From positions 1 through 28,734 of the forward strand of contig CAXBPH010000065.1 of assembly GCA_963977445.1 (NCBI GenBank): DNA of 28,734 nucleotides. Direction: 5' to 3'. Source of the DNA: an uncultured bacterium. GTDB lineage: Bacteria > Hydrogenedentota > Hydrogenedentia > Hydrogenedentales > JAEUWI01. A program made the position numbers and the translations under genes. A model generated the notes under the pieces. That model searched no databases. It was not told the DNA's origin and saw only the letters and a program-made list of their open reading frames with translations. Below, piece after piece: positions 9,201 to 17,604 of the stretch; position 1 is the stretch's first letter, and every line of letters starts with the position of its first letter.

Positions 9201-9692
9201 GAGGGAATCTTTGAACCCGTCGGCAAACACGGTGGCTTTATCGACCACACCATCGCCATCGCTATCCCAGAGCTTGCGCACCCGGTCCTGGGCTTCTGAC
9301 CAGGCGGGAAACTCGGTGCCGAGGTTCTTTTTCATGGCGACCAGGCGGTCTTCTACGGTTCGGGAGGCCAGATCGTCTACCAACCAATCGCGGTGTCCCC
9401 GCATATCCCCCACGCCGTGATGGTGACGGTAGGTTTCCGCCACATAGATACTGCCTTCATAATCAAAATAAAAGGCGACTGGATTGGCCATGAGTGGCTC
9501 GGCGGCGACCAGTTCAAAGCCGAAACCCTCGGCAGCAGAAAAGGCCGCGATGGCCTGTTCGCCTTCGTCGGAGGCGGCGGCAATGTCTGGTTCAAAGGGC
9601 GTGGGCAGGTGTGTTTCCTGGCCGTAACCCCGCGAACTGAGCAGAACGAAGCACATGAAGAAGAGGGATAAGAGTCGATAACGATTTTGCAT
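6258..9692 (-). CDS. PVC-type heme-binding CxxCH protein (glucose/sorbosone-dehydrogenase-like propeller + HEAT repeats + cytochrome c domain)
   Basis: Signal peptide; [60 protein letters not shown]; central HEAT repeats; C-terminal QCLRCH...VGPELTGIG...SSMPEGL. Start placed at ATG 9692 (GAGGT RBS). Confidence 0.9.
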   Translation of the reverse strand: [1144 protein letters not shown]

Positions 9693-10030
9693 ACTACCTC
9701 GGGTGCCGCGCTCATTGCGGCTGTCTGAAAAGTTGAGTGGATACGTGAGCGTGATTTCAACAGTGACGGGCCACCCCGCGAGGGGCTGCGCACAGGCCAT
9801 AGGGGTCGTGTGTTATTTGGTGGTGGCGCGAATATGCTGCTGAAAGGTCTGAAATCGAGAGGAAAGGGTATCATGATCGGTTATTCCATCCCAAACGGGC
9901 CATAAAATCGTCTGCGGTGCGCCGAAGGTGTAACATCGGGGCAGAATATCGCACAATACGTACGAAGGCTTGCTGAGCCGGCACAAAGCCTTGATGAATA
10001 GCGTAGAACAACCGTATATGAGTCAAACGT

Positions 10031-10627
10031 TTGCAAGAAGCTACCGACGAAAGTCCCTTTTCGGAAGAAATGGCCCGCGTCAGCGAGGCGGTCAACGGAA
10101 ATGAAGCTGCCTATGCCGCTATTGTGGCAGAGCATCAGCCCGTGATCACCCGCATGATGTGGCGGTTTACCCGTGATCCTGGGAAGCTGGAAGAGTTGGT
10201 GCATGATACGTTCGTAGAAGTCTTCATGAGCTTGGATAAGTACCGGGGAACCGGGCCGCTGGGTGGCTGGATTCGGACGATCGCCGTGAGAGCCGGCTAC
10301 CGGTTCTGGCGGGACAAGAAACGGGACAACGAGCGCCGGGAACTGAATGAACAATTTGCGGTAGAATCTGCGAACCTGACAGAACCCGAAGAGGTGACCG
10401 AGAGCCCCGAAGAGGCCCATAAGGTCCTCTACGATACGCTGGCCCTGCTCGGTCCCCGTGACCGGCTGGTGTTGACCTTGCTCTACTGGGATAACTGCAC
10501 AACAGAAGAAGCTGCGGCCTTGTCTGGCTGGAGCGGAAGTATGGTTCGCGTTCAGGCATTTCGTGCACGAAAACGATTAAAGAAACTATTAGAGGCGAAA
10601 GCAAATGGATCTGGAAAATCATCTTAG
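10031..10627 (+). CDS. ECF RNA polymerase sigma factor
   Basis: Region 2: ELVHDTFVEVFMSLDKYRGTGPLGGWIRTIAVR. Region 4: LGPRDRLVLTLLYWDNCTTEEAAALSGWSGSMVRVQAFRARKRLKKLL. Start uncertain (TTG 10031 or ATG 10070). Confidence 0.92.
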   Translation: MQEATDESPFSEEMARVSEAVNGNEAAYAAIVAEHQPVITRMMWRFTRDPGKLEELVHDTFVEVFMSLDKYRGTGPLGGWIRTIAVRAGYRFWRDKKRDNERRELNEQFAVESANLTEPEEVTESPEEAHKVLYDTLALLGPRDRLVLTLLYWDNCTTEEAAALSGWSGSMVRVQAFRARKRLKKLLEAKANGSGKSS

Positions 10628-10862
10628 CGGTTTGGCCCGTCGCGCCAACCTGGCAGTGCCCCCCCACGTGGATGTGGTGGAACGGGTCTGTCGTACCATT
10701 CGCGTCCAGGAGGAAGAACCGGCACTTTTCGATATGCCGTCCCTTGCTTTTGCCGGTGCTTCATTTGCGGTAACGGTAATTGCGGGATATCTGGTGTCCC
10801 CCGTCTTTTCTGTCTTGTGGGACCCGTGGGCGGCCTACATGAACGCGCCCTGGAGTATTTAA
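10605..10862 (+). CDS. Small single-pass membrane protein, probable anti-sigma factor (85 aa)
   Basis: Overlaps the sigma gene end by 23 nt. Short soluble N-terminus (LENHLSGLARRA...PPHVDVVERV), then TM helix LAFAGASFAVTVIAGYLV. No ZAS HxxxCxxC motif. Confidence 0.7.
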   Translation: MDLENHLSGLARRANLAVPPHVDVVERVCRTIRVQEEEPALFDMPSLAFAGASFAVTVIAGYLVSPVFSVLWDPWAAYMNAPWSI

Positions 10863-11335
10863 TGTTTGGAAAACACCGACACGGCGAGAAACGCGTCCGC
10901 AGCCCCTTTATGCGCCTGACGATCAAGCTGACGCTCATGCTGGTCATCTTCAGTGCCGGTGGGGTGACGGGCACGTTGTATGGATTGAATCTTGCCTTCA
11001 GCAAAATGCGGGAACATGCGGAGCACATAAACGAGCTGCCCGATACCGTAATTCCGAAGCTTGCCGATGACCTTGCCTTGAAGGGGGATCAACTGGCAGC
11101 GTTTGACGAAGCCTTTCGGCGTCACCATGCGGTAATCGCGCAATTGGAATCAGAAAATTCCGTCGCCGTGCATCAGGAATTCTATGAACTCGGCAAAGAA
11201 ATAATGCCCATACTGAATGCAGAACAGGCCGCGGAGTTTAAGGAAACCCTCCGCAAGGTTTGCACGGTCTTCCTCCCCCCCCTGGCCAATGCCTCGGATG
11301 AAAGCATCCACCACTGCCCGGAGCTTTGGAAGTAG
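10862..11335 (+). CDS. Membrane-anchored periplasmic alpha-helical protein (Spy/CpxP/CnrX-like)
   Basis: TAATG stop-start overlap at 10860-10864. TM LTLMLVIFSAGGVTGTLYG; Spy-like elements LADDLALKGDQ and ILNAEQAAEF; several His and two Cys. Confidence 0.7.
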   Translation: MFGKHRHGEKRVRSPFMRLTIKLTLMLVIFSAGGVTGTLYGLNLAFSKMREHAEHINELPDTVIPKLADDLALKGDQLAAFDEAFRRHHAVIAQLESENSVAVHQEFYELGKEIMPILNAEQAAEFKETLRKVCTVFLPPLANASDESIHHCPELWK

Positions 11336-11428
11336 TGTGTTCCGTCTAGTACTATGAGATTTTTCAGGTGTAATCGGATATAGGCACTGGAAACGGTGCC
11401 AGGATCGATTTAGCGGAGGGGAATCTCT

Positions 11429-14071
11429 ATGTACGTACGCGGGCTCGTCCTATTGGGCATGGTTCTTCTGCTGTGTTGCCCCGTTGCCTTGGGCGATGTT
11501 ACGCCTTTTTTTCACGACAGTACGTGCGAGGGCGACTATGCGGGCCATCTTCAGGGCGTATGCACCGACCAGGAGAGCGCTATCTTCTGGTCCTTCACCA
11601 CCGAGCTTGTTAAGACCGATCGACTGGGCAAAATCCTGAAAAAGATTCCTGTCGTAACGCATCATGGCGATCTGTGCTACCTCGAGGGCAAGGTGTATGT
11701 TGCCGTAAACCTGAAGAAATTTAATGACCCGGAAGGCAACGCCGATTCGTGGGTCTACGTCTACGACGGAGATACCCTCGAGTTTCTATCCAAACATGCC
11801 GTCCCCGAGGTCTTTCACGGCGCAGGCGGGATTGGGGTTCGGGAAGACCGCTTCTACCTCGTGGGCGGATTGCCGGAAGGTGTCGACCACAACTACGTCT
11901 ATGAATACGATGCCGATTGGACCTTGCTAAAAACTCACCAGCTGGAAAGCGGTTGGACCCACCTTGGTATTCAGACGGCCACCTTCCATGATGGTTCCTG
12001 GTGGTTCGGTTGCTACGGTAAGCCACGGGTTCTTCTTAAGACCGATGTGGACTTCACACTGACGGGACGGTATAACTTCGACAGTTCTATGGGTATTGTC
12101 GGTGTGGGTCCCGATGCGTTTCTTGTCGCCGAAGGAACATTAACCCCGGAGAAACGTTTCGGCGCTACATTGAGGCGGGCCTATCCTGATGAAGACCAGG
12201 GCCTCGTGCTTCACCCCAGCGTCGTTTCGGCCCTGGATCCACGGATAACGGCCGAAGGAGCCTGGCAACGGTCATCATTTCGTTTTGCCGCCGTAGCCCA
12301 TCGCGCTACCCAGGCGGATAATGCAGCACTCTCCTTTGATTTCGATGGCACGGGCGTAGCCGTCAGACTCGGTGGGCACGACACGCCCGCCTATGGGCCG
12401 GTCAATCTGGGCGGGCTTATCTACACCATAGACGGCGGAGAAGAACGGCTACTCAATCCGCAGGCTGCGCCACGTGAGGTCGTGCTGGCGGAGGGATTGG
12501 CACCCGGTGCCCATCACGTTCGCATTGCCCACCGCTCATTTAACCAAGATAAGGGCGTGCGCATCGAATCCTTTCAGCACTGGGCGACTCCCCTTGGACG
12601 TCTCCAGATCGTGGTCAACGGCGAAGAAAACAGTTTTCTGAACGATTGTCGCGTGGTGTTGCGTCGCGAGGGAAATATTGTCCGAGATACCTTTGACCGG
12701 AATTGGTTGACCGGACAATGTGCCCTGACGGGAGTCGTTCCGGGTGACGGATATACCCTGGAACTCATGGCGTCTGGTTGGGACAGCGAGACCGTCGGTC
12801 CCTTCGCCGTTCAAGCGCAGACCGACACCCAACTGCCTCCCGTATACCTGAAGCGTAGTGCAAGTGCCACGATCAGGGACGTTCGCTTTCCAAGATTGAA
12901 TCAGCCTGCTATTCGGTTGCCGGGCGAGACTTTTCGCGCCCGTTTTCTCGCCTATGACGGAGAAATCGCGGGGCTCCGACTTGTCCGCACCGTTGGCGAG
13001 GCCAGCATTTCACGAGAGCTCCGGTTCACCGAGATTACGGAGCGGGCCTATTACTATGACAGAGAGATTGAAGCCACCCTTTCCGAAGAAATTCCACCGG
13101 GCACCTACGATCTCGAGATCACCGTATTGTCGAAGGGGCAACGACGTCTGTGCTGGTCTCCCCGTAGTGTTTGCGTGGTTGCCGCCTATCCCGTGGATAT
13201 CGACATACTCTCCTTTGGTCACCTCGATACCGCCGGGCAATATCAGGCGGCCTATCTTGAGCGTATGGTCAACCTGGCCAATTTGCTGGCACCCGACCTG
13301 GTATTGTGCAGCACCGCTTCGAACGCTGCCTATGTAGCCGGTGCCCTGGCCGGACTGGATATGCCCTGGTTGGTAAACTTTGGGAACCACCAACTCCCGG
13401 GCCACGAAGCGTGGTTTGGCGACCCCATCGGACTCACCGACTACGGACCGGGCTTTACCATATTGAACTACGGACGTATGTGGCATGAGGATCGGGGGGA
13501 GGCGGACCTGTTGCTTTCATCCCGTGCGCAGGTGCCCTTGAAAATAATCAATGCCTTCGAGCCCAATGCGCCGGTAGCGTTACTCGATCGCCACCAGATC
13601 GCCCTGATACATGACGCTCATGGTCCCGGCGCGCGGGTGCAGGAAATCGGGCTAACCCCCACGGTCCGTGCGGGCAAAGTAAACTCAGAAAGTTTTCGGA
13701 TTATACGTATTAGAAATAACCGGGTACGCTCCGCTACCTATGACGGAGATGCCGAGGCACCGATTCCCTTTGCCCGCGTTGCGAGGGAACCCGTTTCCAT
13801 CGAGTACCGCTATCCCAATGACGGGACCCGTTCAGAAAATACGGTTACCATACGAAATACGTTGCGGGAAGAGTTTCCAGACGGCCGGGTTACGTTCCTG
13901 CTACCGCCAGGCAACTACACGTCTACCGGACGCATCGAGGAGTCGGTCACAAGTGACGATGGACGCTTCGTGGTGCTGACGGTTCGGGTGGATATACCGG
14001 CCTCCGGTCGCCTATCCGTTTCGGTGAAAAAGCAGGAGGCACCCCGTGAGGCTTCGGAATCTTCGACATGA
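11429..14071 (+). CDS. Secreted multidomain protein: propeller-like domain + beta-sandwich modules + degenerate calcineurin-like metallophosphoesterase domain
   Basis: GGAGG RBS and signal peptide. N-terminal CEGDYAGHLQGVCTD...HHGDLCY domain; middle ALSFDFDGTGVAV...LAEGLAPGAHHVRI module; C-terminal FGHLDT...PDLVLCS...NFGNHQ...LIHDAH. Confidence 0.75.
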   Translation: MYVRGLVLLGMVLLLCCPVALGDVTPFFHDSTCEGDYAGHLQGVCTDQESAIFWSFTTELVKTDRLGKILKKIPVVTHHGDLCYLEGKVYVAVNLKKFNDPEGNADSWVYVYDGDTLEFLSKHAVPEVFHGAGGIGVREDRFYLVGGLPEGVDHNYVYEYDADWTLLKTHQLESGWTHLGIQTATFHDGSWWFGCYGKPRVLLKTDVDFTLTGRYNFDSSMGIVGVGPDAFLVAEGTLTPEKRFGATLRRAYPDEDQGLVLHPSVVSALDPRITAEGAWQRSSFRFAAVAHRATQADNAALSFDFDGTGVAVRLGGHDTPAYGPVNLGGLIYTIDGGEERLLNPQAAPREVVLAEGLAPGAHHVRIAHRSFNQDKGVRIESFQHWATPLGRLQIVVNGEENSFLNDCRVVLRREGNIVRDTFDRNWLTGQCALTGVVPGDGYTLELMASGWDSETVGPFAVQAQTDTQLPPVYLKRSASATIRDVRFPRLNQPAIRLPGETFRARFLAYDGEIAGLRLVRTVGEASISRELRFTEITERAYYYDREIEATLSEEIPPGTYDLEITVLSKGQRRLCWSPRSVCVVAAYPVDIDILSFGHLDTAGQYQAAYLERMVNLANLLAPDLVLCSTASNAAYVAGALAGLDMPWLVNFGNHQLPGHEAWFGDPIGLTDYGPGFTILNYGRMWHEDRGEADLLLSSRAQVPLKIINAFEPNAPVALLDRHQIALIHDAHGPGARVQEIGLTPTVRAGKVNSESFRIIRIRNNRVRSATYDGDAEAPIPFARVAREPVSIEYRYPNDGTRSENTVTIRNTLREEFPDGRVTFLLPPGNYTSTGRIEESVTSDDGRFVVLTVRVDIPASGRLSVSVKKQEAPREASESST

Positions 14072-14270
14072 ATAATTTGGTGTCGTGATCCAAAAACTCC
14101 TTTAGTCCCCTGCCTAAAAAGAGTACAATAAAAAATACAGATGACGATCAGGAAAGATCGTACACCTGTCGATGTATATGGGTTCCTACACACGTTGGAT
14201 TACCCAGACATCACCCTCGGGGATGCCTGCGTGCGCGAACCCATTGGACATACCGAAAAGGACATGGCCA

Positions 14271-15545
14271 ATGAGACGTTCTACCCCCCTACCCCATCTT
14301 TCCCGCCGCGGATTCATTAAGTCAACGGCGGCATCCCTGGGCGGATTAATTCTCGCCCCAAACCTTCTACTTCGAAGCGCCCACGCCAACACGGCAGCCA
14401 GCAACCGCCTCGGCGTCGGTGTCATTGGCTTGGGCGGTCGTGGCCGTCGTGTCATGCAGGCTTTTCTCGAGCAACCCGACACCCAAGTACTGGCCGTGTG
14501 TGATTGCTATGCCGAACGTCGCCAGCAGGGCGTCGAACAAGTGAATCAACACTACGGCAACCAGGATTGCGCGTCCTATATGGATTTTCTGGAGATCCTG
14601 GCCCGGCCCGATATCGATGCGGTCTTAATTGCCACCGGGGACAATTGGCACTCTGGCGTTTCGGTGTTGGCGGCCCGCGCGGGCAAGGATATTTACTGCG
14701 AAAAGCCCATGAGTGTTACGATCTCTGAGTCCCGCGCCGTCTCCGACACCATGAAACGTCTGGGCCGTATTTTCCAATGTGGTACCCAGCGCCGCAGTAT
14801 AGGCAACTTCCGATTTGCCGCCGATCTGGCCCGTAGTGGCAAGTTGGGTGAATTGAAAGAGCTTCATGCGGAAGAGGCACCGGGCATGAAAGTACTGTAT
14901 GACACCGTCTTGCCGGAAGAACCCGAACCGCCGAGAGAAGAATTCGATTGGGATCGGTGGCTCGGACCCTCCCTGTGGCGTCCCTACAACCAGAAATATC
15001 CGACCCGCGGATTCTGGAGTGCCCACGTCGATTGGAGCGGCGCGTCGGTTACAGAATGGGGTAGTCACACCGTGGATATCTGCCAATGGGCCAATAACGC
15101 CGATGATACGAGCCCCATTGAATACTGGCAGGAAGGCGACCGTTGGGTTTCAAAATATGCGAACGGTACGAAGCTCATCATTCGCAATGGATTGCGCTTC
15201 GGCAGTTGCCCGGTACGATTCGAAGGCACCGAGGGTTGGGTAGAGACGGGCGACTCCGGGGAAATAGAAGCCTGGCCGAAGTCTCTCCTGGGTAATCGTG
15301 GTTTTGAAGGGGGCTACCCGCCCGAAAACCACGTGCGCGCTTTCCTCGATAGTGTCGTCACGCGCAAGCAATGTGTGTCGGAGGCGGAAGTCGCCCACCG
15401 GAGTATCAGTGCCTGCCACGTGACCAACATGGTGAAGCGACTTGGTCGACCCATCAAATGGGACCCCATTACGGAGACGTGCGTGGACGATCCCGAAGCG
15501 AACCGCCTCGTATCCCGTGCCTATCGTGGTCCCTGGTATCTGTAG
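14271..15545 (+). CDS. Tat-exported Gfo/Idh/MocA family oxidoreductase
   Basis: Twin-arginine SRRGFIK; Rossmann VGVIGLGGRG; IDAVLIATGDNWH; KDIYCEKPM; FQCGTQRRS; EWGSHTVD; C-terminal ANRLVSRAYRGPW. ATG 14271 chosen. Confidence 0.92.
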   Translation: MRRSTPLPHLSRRGFIKSTAASLGGLILAPNLLLRSAHANTAASNRLGVGVIGLGGRGRRVMQAFLEQPDTQVLAVCDCYAERRQQGVEQVNQHYGNQDCASYMDFLEILARPDIDAVLIATGDNWHSGVSVLAARAGKDIYCEKPMSVTISESRAVSDTMKRLGRIFQCGTQRRSIGNFRFAADLARSGKLGELKELHAEEAPGMKVLYDTVLPEEPEPPREEFDWDRWLGPSLWRPYNQKYPTRGFWSAHVDWSGASVTEWGSHTVDICQWANNADDTSPIEYWQEGDRWVSKYANGTKLIIRNGLRFGSCPVRFEGTEGWVETGDSGEIEAWPKSLLGNRGFEGGYPPENHVRAFLDSVVTRKQCVSEAEVAHRSISACHVTNMVKRLGRPIKWDPITETCVDDPEANRLVSRAYRGPWYL

Positions 15546-15597
15546 CGTTTCAGCGCCGCATTCGCACTGCGCGGAGCGGCAGCAGAAAGATTGCATC

Positions 15598-17532
15598 ATG
15601 CATTACGTGTTTCGTTTACAAATGATTCCCCTTGCCCTGGTACTGGCAAGCTTGGTTCTACCCACAATCGCTGGGGCAGCTGAAGAAGACGTACCTAACG
15701 AAGATGCCCTGATTGCCGTGTTGCAGTCCGAGGGCGCCTATATGACCCATCTCGCGGCCTTCCGAGGCTTGCGTCAGGTGGGCACGGAGAAATCTATCCC
15801 CGTACTCGCGGGCTTCCTCCACGATGAGAAAGCCTCCCACCTCGCTCGTTATGCCTTGGAAGGCATGGCCTATGATGCGGCCGGCCAGGCGCTGCGTGAA
15901 AGCCTGGATGGGGCACCGGAAACCGTGCTGACCGGTATTATCACGTCACTGGGCGTTCGTCGTGACGGAGAAGCAACGGGTGCCCTGGTTTCTCTTATAA
16001 GCCACAGCACCCCGGATGTGTCACTTCACGCGAAGGCTGCCCTCGGCCGCATTGCTACCCCGGAAGCGGCAGACGCCCTGATGTCCGCCCATAGGTCGGC
16101 ACCGGAAGATCTGGATGTAGCAGAAGCCTTACTTGCCGCCGCCCAGAACTTGACGGACGATGGGAATTTAAAAGCCGCAGCACCCATCTATCGTGAACTT
16201 CGCAATGAAGGAAATACGGATTTTGTGCGGATTGGGGCCTTCTATGGCCTGGTGGCCGCCGCTCCGGATGAGACCCCCGAGCGCGTGCTTGAGGCCATTC
16301 AGGGAACAGACCCCCTATATCGAAATCTTGCTCGGGAGATCGTAGCAGAGACCGAAGGCAAAAAAGCCACCGAAGTTTACGCGACGGCACTCCCCACGCT
16401 CCCTGCCGAAGTGCAGGTGGAAATGCTGGCGGGTCTGGCGCGACGTGGTGATACCTCTGCCCGGGAGGCCGTTGTCTCTCTAATTGAGCAGGCAGAATCA
16501 AGCACAAGACTAGCCGCGATTGACGCCTTGGGCGAACTTGGCAGTGAGAAAGATGTTCAGCAACTTGCCGCGTTGATGGGTTCCGAAGACAAGGCCATCG
16601 CTACCACATCGCGAAACAGCCTCATACGGTTGCGGGGCGAGAAGGTGGACCCCGCGATTGTCGTGTGGATGAAAAAAGCCGGTGCGGAAACAAAGGCCGC
16701 ATTGCTTACTATATTGGATGTCCGTATAGCCGCCGAGGCTGTTCCTCAATCCCGAATCTACCTGAATGACCGCGACGAGGCCGTTCGCCTGGCGGCCCTG
16801 AACGTCTTCCTGCAGCAGGGTGTCGCCAGCGACTTTGCCCCCCTGTTGGCCCGACTTCAAAACGCGACGGGCGACGGGGAGCGGGATCTGGCATCACGGG
16901 CCCTTGCAGCCATTGCAAAACGTGAACGGGAGGCATGTCTTCCCGAGGTGCTGGCCGCACTAACGGATGGATCAGAAGCGGTAAAACTATCCCTCGTAAC
17001 CGCCCTGTCTGACATGGGTGGTCCAGAAGCCCTTGCGGCCGCCACGGCCTTACTGGAAGACCCGTCACCAGCGGTGAAAAAGAAAGCCCTCGACGTATTG
17101 AGCGACTGGCCCACCCAGGATGCGGCTGAGACCTTACTGGCACTCGCAAAATCCGAAGAGGCCGCTGCCCATGATGCGGGACTCAAGGGGTACACCCGCC
17201 TGGCCCAAAGTCACCCGGAACATGATCCGAAGAACGCCATGATGGCAACCGCCATGGAGTTGGCCCGTTCCAAGGAAGACAAGTGGATGGTTCTCTCGGC
17301 CTATGGTACCGTACACACCGGCCCTGCGTTGGATGCGCTGGAAGCCCAGCTGGACGACCCGGAGGTTCAGAAGGAAGCGGCCATGGCCCTCCTGAAGGTG
17401 AACGAGGCCGTGACGAAGCACGGCGAAGCGGCCCACCCCCGGGTGCGGAAGTCGCTTGAGTTATTGAAGAGCAAAGTGGCCGTTGAATATGTACAGAAAC
17501 GTGCCGACGAACTCCTGGCGGCCTTGAAGTAG
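15598..17532 (+). CDS. Exported HEAT/PBS-lyase-like repeat protein
   Basis: Signal peptide from MHYVFRLQ; repeated helical units such as SHLARYALE, LHAKAALGRIAT, RLAAIDALGELG, VRLAALNV, VKKKALDVLSDWP, VQKEAAMAL. Confidence 0.85.
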   Translation: MHYVFRLQMIPLALVLASLVLPTIAGAAEEDVPNEDALIAVLQSEGAYMTHLAAFRGLRQVGTEKSIPVLAGFLHDEKASHLARYALEGMAYDAAGQALRESLDGAPETVLTGIITSLGVRRDGEATGALVSLISHSTPDVSLHAKAALGRIATPEAADALMSAHRSAPEDLDVAEALLAAAQNLTDDGNLKAAAPIYRELRNEGNTDFVRIGAFYGLVAAAPDETPERVLEAIQGTDPLYRNLAREIVAETEGKKATEVYATALPTLPAEVQVEMLAGLARRGDTSAREAVVSLIEQAESSTRLAAIDALGELGSEKDVQQLAALMGSEDKAIATTSRNSLIRLRGEKVDPAIVVWMKKAGAETKAALLTILDVRIAAEAVPQSRIYLNDRDEAVRLAALNVFLQQGVASDFAPLLARLQNATGDGERDLASRALAAIAKREREACLPEVLAALTDGSEAVKLSLVTALSDMGGPEALAAATALLEDPSPAVKKKALDVLSDWPTQDAAETLLALAKSEEAAAHDAGLKGYTRLAQSHPEHDPKNAMMATAMELARSKEDKWMVLSAYGTVHTGPALDALEAQLDDPEVQKEAAMALLKVNEAVTKHGEAAHPRVRKSLELLKSKVAVEYVQKRADELLAALK

Positions 17533-17559
17533 GTCGTAGGCCTGAAACAGCCATACATC

Positions 17560-17590
17560 ATGCCCGTGACCCTGGTCACGGGCATTTTTT
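17560..17590 (+). terminator. Rho-independent terminator between convergent genes
   Basis: ATGCCCGTGACC (17560-17571) / GGTCACGGGCAT (17574-17585), followed by a T run to 17590. Confidence 0.88.
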
Positions 17591-17604
17591 CCATTGGCTG
17601 CCGA

